A stretch of 32,000 nt of DNA from Propionibacterium freudenreichii subsp. freudenreichii (GTDB taxonomy: Bacteria; Actinomycetota; Actinomycetes; Propionibacteriales; Propionibacteriaceae). Numbering within the stretch: position 1 is the stretch's first letter; each line of letters opens with the position of its first letter. The notes beneath the pieces were generated by a model. That model saw only the letters and a list, made by a program, of their open reading frames with translations. It was not told the DNA's origin and ran no database searches. Location of the stretch: NCBI RefSeq assembly GCF_000940845.1, contig NZ_CP010341.1, positions 210,001 through 242,000 of the forward strand. The letters run 5' to 3'. A program made the position numbers and the translations under genes. Of this stretch, positions 8,369 to 17,063 are shown one piece after another.

Positions 8369-9502
8369 ATGCTCACGAATTCTCTTATTCCGCTGCAGGC
8401 GAGCCTGGACGCGTCGCCGCTGCAGATTGTGTGGTTCCTGCTCATCGCGGTGCTGTGGATCGGCTTCTTCTTCCTTGAGGGCTTCGACTTCGGCGTCTCG
8501 ATGCTGTATCCCATCCTCGGCAAGGATCCCAAGGAACGCCGGGTGATGATCAACACGATCGGACCCACCTGGGACGGCAATGAGGTCTGGCTGATCACCG
8601 CTGGTGGCGCCACCTTCGCGGCCTTCCCCGGCTGGTACGCAACCCTGTTCAGCGGCCTGTACCTGCCGCTGTTCCTGGTGCTGGTGGGGCTGATCCTGCG
8701 AGGCATCTCGTTCGAATACCGCGCCAAGATGCCCGACGACCGTTGGCGCAATGCCTTCGACGCCTGCGCCTCGATCGGTTCGCTGATCGTCTCGCTCGTG
8801 TTCGGCATCGGCTTCGCCAACTTCGTCAAGGGCATGGACGTCGCCCCCCTGACGAGCGCAGCATTCGGCGAGCCCAACCTGTACACCGGCGGCTTCTGGG
8901 CGCTGTTCAGCCCCTTCGGCCTGCTCGGCGGCGTGCTGTTCATCCTGCTGTTCTGCACCCACGGCTCGATGTTCCTGGCACTGAAGACCTATGGCTCGAT
9001 CCACGACAAGACCGTCAAGTTCGTGCACACGCTGGCCCCGGTCACCGTGGCCGTGCTACTGATCTTCGTGCTGGCCGCCAACATCTTCTACGGCACGAGC
9101 AAGAACCCCTACCTGGGTTCGCTGTCCACCGTGCTGATGTGGGCCGCCGGCCTGCTGTCCGTCGTGGTGCTCGGCCTGGCTGCCCTGGCGCAGCGCGCCG
9201 AGCGCAATGGCTGGGCGTTCATCGGCACCGGCGCCTCGATCCTGCTGATGCTGGCCATGATCTTCGTCAAGATGTACGGCACGCTCGGCTTCATCTCGGC
9301 TGACATGAGCAACCCGCTCAATATGGTCACCGCGTCGAGCTCGCCGCTCACCCTGAAGCTTATGACGTGGTTTGCCTGCTTCCTGGTGCCGGTCGTGCTG
9401 GCCTACCAGGGATGGAGCTACTGGGTGTTCAGCAAGCGCCTGTCCACCAAGGAGATGCCCGAGCACGAGCATGAGCCGAATGTGGCCGAGGTGCACGTGT
9501 GA
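8369..9502 (+). CDS. cydB: Cytochrome bd-type quinol oxidase subunit II
   Basis: FLEGFDFGVSML, GPTWDGNEVWLITAGGATFAAFP and a polytopic membrane protein of 377 aa, starting 17 nt after cydA. Confidence 0.9.
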   Translation: MLTNSLIPLQASLDASPLQIVWFLLIAVLWIGFFFLEGFDFGVSMLYPILGKDPKERRVMINTIGPTWDGNEVWLITAGGATFAAFPGWYATLFSGLYLPLFLVLVGLILRGISFEYRAKMPDDRWRNAFDACASIGSLIVSLVFGIGFANFVKGMDVAPLTSAAFGEPNLYTGGFWALFSPFGLLGGVLFILLFCTHGSMFLALKTYGSIHDKTVKFVHTLAPVTVAVLLIFVLAANIFYGTSKNPYLGSLSTVLMWAAGLLSVVVLGLAALAQRAERNGWAFIGTGASILLMLAMIFVKMYGTLGFISADMSNPLNMVTASSSPLTLKLMTWFACFLVPVVLAYQGWSYWVFSKRLSTKEMPEHEHEPNVAEVHV

Positions 9503-9525
9503 TCACCACAATGTTGAGGGTTTGA

Positions 9526-12500
9526 GTGGCCGGGCCGCTCGACCCGCGACTGGTCAAGAGGGCGACTGCCACCAGGGGATTCCTGGTGGCAGTCGCCCTT
9601 GTCGGCGTCGCCACGGCCTTCCTGGTGCTGGCCCAGGCACGCCTGATCTCCGACGCCGTCGCGCATGTCTTCGACACCCACAACACCGATGGCGTGCTGG
9701 CCGCCTGCGGCCTGTTGATGGCCGTCTTCGTGGCACGTGCGGGGCTCAACTGGCTCAACCAGTGGCTGGCGCACCGCGCGTCGGCTGCCGTGAAGTCGCA
9801 GTTGCGCACTGATGTGATGACGGCTCGCCTGGCGCGCCCCACCGATGCGTCCACGCCCACCGGCACGCTGATCACCCTGGTCACCCAGGGGCTGGACTCG
9901 CTGGACGGCTATTTCTCCAAGTACCTGCCGCAACTCATGATGGCCGTGGGCGTGCCGCTCGTGGTGGGCGTGGCGATCCTCACCCAGGACCTCGAGTCCA
10001 CCATCATCATCGCGATCACGGTGCCACTCATCCCCCTGTTCATGGCCCTGATCGGCATGGCCACCCAGAAGCAGGTCGACCGCCGCTTCGCCGTGGAGAC
10101 GCGCCTGGCCAACCACTTCGCCGACCTGGTCGCCGGACTGCCGACGCTGCAGGTGTTCGGCCGGGCCCGCGCACAGCTGGTGGGCCTGCGACGCACCGAG
10201 GCGGCGCACCGCACCGAGACCATGAAGACGCTGCGCTTGGCCTTCCTGTCCTCATTCGTCCTCGAGCTGCTGTCGACGCTGTCGGTGGCCCTGGTGGCGG
10301 TGAGCATGGGCTTCCGCGTGGTGGCCGGCCACTTCGACCTGCGCACCTCGCTGTTCGTGCTGATCCTCACCCCCGAGGTCTACCTGCCGATTCGCCAGGT
10401 GGGCGTCCACTTCCACGACTCCGCCGACGGCACTGCTGCCGCCGACAAGGCCTTCGAGCTGATCGAGGCGGCCGAGGCCACCCACATCGGCGGTGACGCG
10501 CCCGCCCCCGATCCCGCCGCGGCGACGATCAACTTCAACGACCTGTCCGTGCGCTATCCGGGCACCGGCCGCCCGGCACTGGCCGGGTTCTCGTGCCGGG
10601 TGCGCCCCGGCGAGGTCGTGGTGCTCCGCGGCACCTCCGGTGGCGGCAAGTCCACCGCGCTGTCGGTGCTGATGGGCTTCCAACCGGCCACCTCCGGCCA
10701 GATCCGCGTCGGCGACCAGGACCTTGCCGAGGTCAACATGGCCGACTGGCGCGGCCACATCGCCTATGTGTCGCAGGACCCGGGCATGGTCAACGGCACC
10801 ATCGCCGACAATGTGCGGATGGGGCACTCGGACGCCACTGATGCCCAGGTGCGCGACGCCCTCGACCGGGCCGGTGGACGCAGCCTTGCGCTCAGCCACG
10901 TGGTGGCCGACGAGGGGGAGGGCCTGTCCTCGGGGGAGCGACGCCGCGTGGCGCTCGCCAGGGCCCTGCTGCGCATCGAGCTGGGCGGTGCCCGCCTGTT
11001 GGTGCTCGACGAACCGACTGCGGGCCTCGACCAGTCCACCGAGGCGATCGCGATCAGGGCCGTGCGGGCCTCCGGGGCCTCGGCCCTGGTGGTGAGCCAC
11101 CGCCCGGCCGTCATCGCCATGGCCGACCAGGTGGTTGACGTCGTGGCGCCCGCCGCCGAACCGGCAGACGGCTCCGACCAACGCCCGGATGATTCCCGCG
11201 CAACTGATTCACACACGAGTGGAAACGCCCGGGCCGCCGCGGCGGCCGTCCACGCGCTGAGTTCGACCGCCGGGGAGCCGTCGGACGTCAAGCAGGGCAC
11301 GACGCCGCGTGGGGTGAGTGCCCCCGTGGGTCCCGCGCCCGGGCAAGCAGCGACGTCCCCGAGCAAACTGTCGAAGCGCGAGGCCCGCAAGCAGCATCGC
11401 GTCTGGTCCACCGAGTCGGGTGATTCCGCAGACTTCCTGCTGGGCGAGGACCAATACCCCAGCTCGGTGCTGCCCCACGTCGCAGAGGCCCGGCCCGACC
11501 GGCCGGCGAGCGCCAAGGGCCTCGAGGCCGAGAGCGCGCCCGGCCAGACCAGCGCCCTGGTGCGCCAGCTCATCCGCGGCATTCCGCATGGCACGCGCCG
11601 ACTGGTCACCAGCATCATCCTGGCCGTCTGCGCCACCGGTTCGTCGGTGGGATTGATGGCGTTGTCCGGCTGGCTGCTCAGCCGCGCCGCCGAACATCCC
11701 CCGGTGCTGTACCTGCTGGCAGCCAGCGTCGGCGTGCGCTTCTTCGGCATCGGACGCGGCGTCTTCCGCTACGCCGAGCGACTCGTGGGTCACGACCTCG
11801 CGCTGCGCATGGAGGGTTCGCTGCGGGAGACCGTCTATGCCAAGCTCGCCCGCACCACCTTGCTGGGCCGCCACCAGGGCGACCTGCTGGTGCGCGTGAC
11901 CGCCGACGTCGATGCCGTGATGGACGTGGTGGTGCGCATCGTGGTGCCCTTCGTCAGCTCCGTGCTGGTGATCGGCCTCACCAGCGTGCTCATCGCGTTC
12001 TTCTCGCCCGGGGCGGCCGTGATCCTGTTGCTCACCAGCCTCATTGCGGGCATCGGGCTGCCCTGGCTGGGTCAGCGGCTCTCGCGCCGTGCGGACGAGG
12101 CCGCCGTGCCGCTGCGTGGCGCGCTGGCCGACGAGGTGCGCCAGCTTGCCCGTTGTGCTCCCGACCTGGTGGCCTTCGGCGCCGACGGGGCCCAGCTCGA
12201 CCGGATGCGCGCCACCGACATCAGGCTGCGCGACGCCGAGGCGCGCGACGCCTGGACGCGCGGCATCGCCAGCGCCGGGCAGATGCTCAGCAGCGGCCTG
12301 GCCGTGGTGGGCGGCCTGCTCGTGGGCGGTCCCTCGGTCGCCGGTGGCCAGCTGCTGGGACGCGACCTGGCGATCCTGGTGCTGACGCCGCTTGCGCTGC
12401 ACGAGAGCCTGTCCGATCTGACCACCGCCGCCCAGACGATGACCAGGGCGCGTGCCGCCCTGCGGCGGGTGATCGCGCTGCTGCGTGAGCCTCCGGTCGG

Positions 12501-13245
12501 CAAGGGCGATCGCAGCGTGCCGGAGGCAACAGGTGCCCCGCAGGCAACGGGTACGCCGCAGACAGGTGCCCCCTCGACAAGGGCGGATGTCCCCCAGCCG
12601 GCTGTCCCGAGCGCTGGCGGCGCCGTCGCTGGTGCTGGCACCCCGCCGGGTGAACTGGTGCTCAGCAACCTTGCGGCCGGCTGGCCCGGGCATGGCGCGG
12701 TGATCAAGGGCGTCAACCTTCGCGTCGGGCCGGGGGAGCGGGTGGCGATCACCGGCGCCTCGGGCGTCGGCAAGACCACCCTGGCGGCCACCGTGATGGG
12801 CCTCATCGACCCGATCGCCGGCACCGTGCAGTCTCCGGCGGCCATCGGCTACCTTGCGCAGGACGCGCACATCTTTGCCACCTCGGTGGCCGAGAACGTG
12901 CGCATCGGCGACAAGGACGCCACCGATGCCCAAGTGGCGCAGGCCCTGTCCAAGGCGGGCCTTGCCACCATGGATCCCGCCCGCGTGGTGGGTGAGGAGG
13001 GCGCCACCCTGTCGGGCGGCGAGGCGCGCCGCATTGCGATGGCGCGCATCCTGGTGGGTGGACGCAACGACCAACTGGTGATCCTCGACGAACCCACCGA
13101 GCACCTGGACTCGGAGACCGCCGAGGCCCTGATGGACGATGTGTGGTCGGCCGTCGACAAGGCCGCCGTCGTCGTGATCACCCACGATCCGGAGCTGATG
13201 GAGGCCGCACCGTCGCGCCTCGACCTTGACGACTACCGGGCCTGA
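9526..13245 (+). CDS. cydDC: Fused CydD-CydC thiol-reductant ABC exporter (two TMD-NBD halves in one 1239-aa ORF)
   Basis: First half: 6-TM domain, Walker A GTSGGGKST, signature LSSGERRR, Walker B LLVLDEPTAGLD. Then a low-complexity linker of about 135 aa (about 11146-11550). Second half: TMD, Walker A GASGVGKTT, LSGGEARR, LVILDEPTEHLD. GTG start at 9526, 24 nt after cydB. No stop codon separates the halves. Confidence 0.85.
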   Translation: MAGPLDPRLVKRATATRGFLVAVALVGVATAFLVLAQARLISDAVAHVFDTHNTDGVLAACGLLMAVFVARAGLNWLNQWLAHRASAAVKSQLRTDVMTARLARPTDASTPTGTLITLVTQGLDSLDGYFSKYLPQLMMAVGVPLVVGVAILTQDLESTIIIAITVPLIPLFMALIGMATQKQVDRRFAVETRLANHFADLVAGLPTLQVFGRARAQLVGLRRTEAAHRTETMKTLRLAFLSSFVLELLSTLSVALVAVSMGFRVVAGHFDLRTSLFVLILTPEVYLPIRQVGVHFHDSADGTAAADKAFELIEAAEATHIGGDAPAPDPAAATINFNDLSVRYPGTGRPALAGFSCRVRPGEVVVLRGTSGGGKSTALSVLMGFQPATSGQIRVGDQDLAEVNMADWRGHIAYVSQDPGMVNGTIADNVRMGHSDATDAQVRDALDRAGGRSLALSHVVADEGEGLSSGERRRVALARALLRIELGGARLLVLDEPTAGLDQSTEAIAIRAVRASGASALVVSHRPAVIAMADQVVDVVAPAAEPADGSDQRPDDSRATDSHTSGNARAAAAAVHALSSTAGEPSDVKQGTTPRGVSAPVGPAPGQAATSPSKLSKREARKQHRVWSTESGDSADFLLGEDQYPSSVLPHVAEARPDRPASAKGLEAESAPGQTSALVRQLIRGIPHGTRRLVTSIILAVCATGSSVGLMALSGWLLSRAAEHPPVLYLLAASVGVRFFGIGRGVFRYAERLVGHDLALRMEGSLRETVYAKLARTTLLGRHQGDLLVRVTADVDAVMDVVVRIVVPFVSSVLVIGLTSVLIAFFSPGAAVILLLTSLIAGIGLPWLGQRLSRRADEAAVPLRGALADEVRQLARCAPDLVAFGADGAQLDRMRATDIRLRDAEARDAWTRGIASAGQMLSSGLAVVGGLLVGGPSVAGGQLLGRDLAILVLTPLALHESLSDLTTAAQTMTRARAALRRVIALLREPPVGKGDRSVPEATGAPQATGTPQTGAPSTRADVPQPAVPSAGGAVAGAGTPPGELVLSNLAAGWPGHGAVIKGVNLRVGPGERVAITGASGVGKTTLAATVMGLIDPIAGTVQSPAAIGYLAQDAHIFATSVAENVRIGDKDATDAQVAQALSKAGLATMDPARVVGEEGATLSGGEARRIAMARILVGGRNDQLVILDEPTEHLDSETAEALMDDVWSAVDKAAVVVITHDPELMEAAPSRLDLDDYRA

Positions 13246-13271
13246 GTCCACGTCCACCGACAGACCCGCAG

Positions 13272-13319
13272 GATAGGGGCGGATAAAGCACCGTCTACGG
13301 TGCTTTATCCGCCCCTATC
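13272..13319. repeat. 48-bp palindromic element, copy 1 (perfect 22-bp stem, 4-nt loop); probable cydDC terminator
   Basis: gataggggcggataaagcaccg-tcta-cggtgctttatccgcccctatc, 27 nt after the cydDC stop and followed by ttctgttt. The same element recurs at 28556 and 30393. Confidence 0.85.
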
Positions 13320-13593
13320 TTCTGTTTCCCCGCCAGCGCCGGGTGTGAGGCCGGGTCCGGTCGCCCGGGGGCTGAGCGGCGTCCTGACTGACGTCCTGAT
13401 CGACGTCCATGCGGGCCGATCCCCCTTCGGGTGGCCGCGAATCCCCTTTAGGTGGGCAGTTGTGCGGCGTCATTCCCGCACAGGTGCCCACTCAGGAGCG
13501 GGACTGTGCCCACTCAGGAGCGTGGCTGCGGGACCGTGCCCCCGGTTGCCCTGGGCCGGCGACCAGCCCGATCTGCCACCCGGCCCGTTGCGG

Positions 13594-14778
13594 TCAGCCG
13601 GCCTGGCCGAGGTATTCCACGAACAGGCGCTGGTACAGCTGTACGAAATCGAGGTACATCTGCTTGTCGATGTTCTCGTTGACGGTGTGCATCGTCTCGT
13701 TGCCGGGCCCGAACATCATGAAGGGGAAGTCGGGTCCCTTGCCCCTGAGTAGGCTGGAAGCGTCCGTGACGCCCGCCACGCCGACCACCGGGGTCGTCAC
13801 GCCGCTGATGCGCTCGCCGAGCTTGGTGGCAAGCCGCACGAGTAGTGAGTCCCGGGGAGCCTGCACCACGGGTTCCTGCATATAGGGGTCGAGCGAGATC
13901 CGGGCACCGCGCCGGTTCTGCTCGCCCACCAGGCCCTTGAGCAGGGCGATCGCCTCATCGTTGTCGAACTGCGGAATCGTGCGCACATTCACCTCGGCCA
14001 CCGCCGCGTCCGGGATCGTGTTCACCTGGTCGCCGCCGTGGAACACGGTGGTGCTGAAGGTCAGCTCGCCGAGCACCGGGTCGGACGCCGGCCGGGCATT
14101 GAACTCCTGCTGCGCGCGCACCAACACCTCCATCAGCGGAGGAATCGCGTTGAACCCGGCCTCGGGCATCGAGCTGTGCGCCGCGGTGCCCTGCGAACGC
14201 AGCCGGAAGTCGACCGAGCCCTTGTGCGTGTAGATGATGTTCCATCCCGATGGTTCGCCGACCACCAACGCATCCGCGTCGCGCATATAGCCGGCCCGGG
14301 CCAGTTCCTTGGCACCGTATTCGCCGACCTCCTCGGCACGGCTGGCGAGCAGGCGCAGCGTCCCCTTGCGGGGCAGGCCCTGCGCCTTGAGCTCGATCAT
14401 CGCGATCACCATCGCCGCCAGGCCCGCCTTCATGTCGGTGGTCCCGCGACCCTGGAGCAGCCCGTCGCGTTCGGTCACCGTGAAGGGGTCGGACGTCCAT
14501 GCGTCGGCATCGCCAACGCTCACGGTGTCCATGTGCCCCGACAGCGCCAGCACCGGTGCGCCCGAACCGATCTCGGCCACCAGGTTGGCCCGGTCGGGTT
14601 CGGCCTGCTTGTGGTCTGCGTCGGGCTCGGCCGGCAGCACCGTGGCGGTGATCCCGTGGTCGCCCAGCAGCTTCGCCAGGTAGTTCGCCACCTGCAGCTC
14701 ATGGTCGTTCGCTGACTGGATGGCCACCAGGTCCGACAGGATCCGTAGCTGCTGCTCGGGTGTGAATACCGCCATCAT
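13594..14778 (-). CDS. M20-family metallopeptidase (ArgE/DapE/CPG2-like deacylase)
   Basis: LALSGHMDTV (metal-binding His/Asp), GRGTTDMKAGLAAM, EEVGEYGA, and a dimerisation-domain insert; 394 aa. Confidence 0.85.
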   Translation of the reverse strand: MMAVFTPEQQLRILSDLVAIQSANDHELQVANYLAKLLGDHGITATVLPAEPDADHKQAEPDRANLVAEIGSGAPVLALSGHMDTVSVGDADAWTSDPFTVTERDGLLQGRGTTDMKAGLAAMVIAMIELKAQGLPRKGTLRLLASRAEEVGEYGAKELARAGYMRDADALVVGEPSGWNIIYTHKGSVDFRLRSQGTAAHSSMPEAGFNAIPPLMEVLVRAQQEFNARPASDPVLGELTFSTTVFHGGDQVNTIPDAAVAEVNVRTIPQFDNDEAIALLKGLVGEQNRRGARISLDPYMQEPVVQAPRDSLLVRLATKLGERISGVTTPVVGVAGVTDASSLLRGKGPDFPFMMFGPGNETMHTVNENIDKQMYLDFVQLYQRLFVEYLGQAG

Positions 14779-14912
14779 CGCTCCTTGCTTGCCGGCGTGT
14801 TGATTCTCGCGTCCTACCTGCGACGCTAGCCCGTCAGCGTTGCTGGCGCGGTGGGGCTCGCGCTGGCTGGGCTGTGCGTGGCGCCCGGGCCGGCATCGTC
14901 GGTGTCGGACGC

Positions 14913-16628
14913 CTACCGGTCGGACGATCCCGGTTCGTCGGGTGGCTGCAGGTGCCCCGACGGCTCCAGCCCACCCGGGGCCGCGTGGCCATCCAGAAGG
15001 TCCTGGCCATCCCGAAGGGCGCGGTCTTCTGGGGATCCCTGTTTCCCCGGGGACCCTTGGCCTTCAGGGGATCCCTGTTTCCCCGGGGGCTCTTGTGTTG
15101 CCGGGAGCCCCTCCCTTCCAGGAAGCCCCTGCCTTCCCGGGAGCCACAACGCAAGCACGCCGCCGGCCACCGTGATCGCGATGGTGGCCCAGAATGCCTG
15201 GTGGAAGGCGCCCGACCCGTCGACGCCGCCGGTGCGCAGCGAAGCCTCGAGCACCACGGCCACCACCGCCGTGCCGAATGACGCGCCCACCTGCTGCGCC
15301 ACGCGGGTGATGATCGTGGCATTGGCCACCGCGGAGGCCGGGATGTCGAGGTAGGCGGCCAGCATCACCGGGATGAACAGGATGCCCAGCGCCAGGCCAC
15401 GGAAGAACAACAGCCCCGACAACAATGCATCGGAGGTGCTGGCCGAGACGAAGGCGAACGGCAGCGTCATGAGCGCCACCAGGAAGAAGCCCGCAGTGGC
15501 CACCGTCCGGCTGCCGATGCGGTCGGTCAGGGGACCGGCCACCAGGCGGCTCAGCAACGAACCAATGCCCTGCGGCACCAGCAGGAGCGCTGCGACCAGC
15601 ACGCTGTGGCCCCGCAGCTGCTGCCAGAACATCGGCAACAGGAACTGCGCGGCATACATGGTGCCGCCGGCCAGGAAATAGGACGCCGCGCCGGAGGCCA
15701 CCGAGCGATAGCGCATCAGGGAGATGTCGATGAGGGCCCGACGTGGATCGCGGGTGCGCGGCTCGGCCAGGAACGCCGCCAGCATCACGACGCCCAACCC
15801 CAGCGGCAGGAGCACGCTGCGATGCCCGAAGCCGCCGTCGGTGGCCACATTGGTGAGGGCCAGCAGGATCGCCACCAGCCCGCCGGAGACGAGCACGAAG
15901 CCCAGCGGGTCGAAGCTCTGACGCGGCGTGGTGCCCTCCGGGGTGCCACCGTCGCGCGGCATCCACAGGAGGGCGAAGACGATGGCGACCAGGCCGATCG
16001 GCACGTTGATCAGGAACAACCAGTGCCAGCTGCCCCAGTGCAGCACCAGCCCGCCGAGCACCGGACCGAGGATCGGACCGGTGGCCACCGGCACCGAGAT
16101 CACCGAGATGAGGCTGCCGATCTGCTCGATGCCGTGCCGACGGGCCTCCTGCACCGGAAGGGTCTGCATCAGCGTCATGAGCATGCCGGCCGCCATGCCC
16201 TGGCCCACCCGGAAGGCGATCAGGCTGATCTCATTCCACGACAGGGCGCAGGCCACCGACCCGGCCAGGAAGACCACCAGGCCCGCGATCCACAGGGAGC
16301 GCCCACCCAGGCGTGCCTGGAGCCAGCCCATGATGGGCACGGTCACGGCCAGTCCGAGCAGGTAGCCGGTGGACACCCATTGCATGGTGGCGGCGTTCGA
16401 GTGGAAGGCGGCGATCAGGTTCGGCATGCCGATGGCCACGATCGTGGAGTCCATGATCGGCATGACGCCGCCGGTGATCACGGCCGTCAGCTCGCCGCGC
16501 AGTCCGCTCAGTTGGCCCCCGCGCTGGGAGCGGCCGGGGTTGGCACTGCGCTGGGAGCGGCCGGGGTTGGCCGTCGCGTCATGGTCGGGGATGGCAGGGG
16601 AATCGTTCATGGTCAGGCTCGTGTTCAT
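14913..16628 (-). CDS. MFS transporter, DHA2 (EmrB/QacA-like, about 14 TMS) drug:H+ antiporter with repeat-containing termini
   Basis: MDSTIVAIGMPNLIAAF (DHA2 motif), about 14 hydrophobic segments, downstream of a TetR gene on the same strand. The start is uncertain (ATG 16628 or 16610; the ORF-track start 16718 is unlikely). The N-terminus has a 9-aa tandem repeat and the C-terminus a Gly/Pro/Gln-rich repeat tail. Confidence 0.85.
   Translation of the reverse strand: MNTSLTMNDSPAIPDHDATANPGRSQRSANPGRSQRGGQLSGLRGELTAVITGGVMPIMDSTIVAIGMPNLIAAFHSNAATMQWVSTGYLLGLAVTVPIMGWLQARLGGRSLWIAGLVVFLAGSVACALSWNEISLIAFRVGQGMAAGMLMTLMQTLPVQEARRHGIEQIGSLISVISVPVATGPILGPVLGGLVLHWGSWHWLFLINVPIGLVAIVFALLWMPRDGGTPEGTTPRQSFDPLGFVLVSGGLVAILLALTNVATDGGFGHRSVLLPLGLGVVMLAAFLAEPRTRDPRRALIDISLMRYRSVASGAASYFLAGGTMYAAQFLLPMFWQQLRGHSVLVAALLLVPQGIGSLLSRLVAGPLTDRIGSRTVATAGFFLVALMTLPFAFVSASTSDALLSGLLFFRGLALGILFIPVMLAAYLDIPASAVANATIITRVAQQVGASFGTAVVAVVLEASLRTGGVDGSGAFHQAFWATIAITVAGGVLALWLPGRQGLPGREGLPATQEPPGKQGSPEGQGSPGKQGSPEDRALRDGQDLLDGHAAPGGLEPSGHLQPPDEPGSSDR
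15031..15088. repeat. Intragenic direct repeat (22-bp core, 36-bp period) encoding the GSPGKQGSPEGQ-type tail of the MFS protein
   Basis: ggggatccctgtttccccgggg at 15031-15052 and again at 15067-15088. Confidence 0.8.
16521..16574. repeat. Intragenic 27-bp tandem duplication encoding ANPGRSQRS/ANPGRSQRG at the MFS N-terminus
   Basis: gcgctgggagcggccggggttggc at 16521-16544 and 16548-16571 (period 27 bp, in frame). Confidence 0.85.
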
Positions 16629-16806
16629 CGGGGATGCTGGCACCGCGCCGGGGGCGCGTGAAAGGCGGCCGCAACCGGCGATTCTGCCTGAGCCTAGAGC
16701 GATGACCGGGGGAATCAAGCGCAGGTTCCCCTGATGGTCGGGTCGCCCGGTGGTTGGGTTCCGGGGGCTGGGGCGCCCGGGTTATCCGGGCACGGGATGG
16801 CCCGGG

Positions 16807-16910
16807 CACGGGTTGCTGGGGTACACGGGTTGTTGGGGTACAGAGGGCCGCTGAGGTACAGAGGGCCGCCGGGCTCCAGAGGGCTGTTGGGCTCCAGGGA
16901 AGTTGGATGC
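16807..16910. repeat. Degenerate 17/18-bp tandem repeat array, about 6 units
   Basis: cacgggttgctggggta / cacgggttgttggggta / cagagggccgctgaggta / cagagggccgccgggctc / cagagggctgttgggctc / cagggaagttggatgc, in the 435-bp spacer between the TetR stop and the MFS start. Confidence 0.8.
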
Positions 16911-17063
16911 CCGCTCGGATTGGTTGGGCAGTCGGCCACCCGAACCACCCGGTGACCGCGGCTGCGCGACCGGGACCGGCCGCCGGTGGCCGCGGGCAGC
17001 CCGGGCGTCGTCCCCCGATGGGCCGGGGACGCCTGTCCGGCTGACCGTGGCCACACCCGCCGG

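Noticed and set aside
11209-13257. 682-aa minus-strand ORF, with further long antisense ORFs at 10252-11181 and 10764-11750
   Set aside because: All lie antisense to or out of frame with the cydDC ORF, which has unmistakable ABC motifs. The composition is low-complexity Arg/Gly/His/Ala.
13300-13885. 150-158-aa plus-strand ORFs in and beyond the cydDC/M20 spacer
   Set aside because: They are Pro/Arg/Gly-rich, lack an SD sequence, and run antisense into the M20 peptidase gene. They show no domain features.
14913-15140. Collagen-like (Gly-X-Y) triple-helix domain on the MFS C-terminal tail
   Set aside because: Only 4 and then 2 uninterrupted GXY triplets occur before the register breaks (…GLP ATQ EPP GKQ GSP EGQ…). 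That is far too short and irregular for a collagen helix, so it is better described as a disordered Gly/Pro/Gln repeat.
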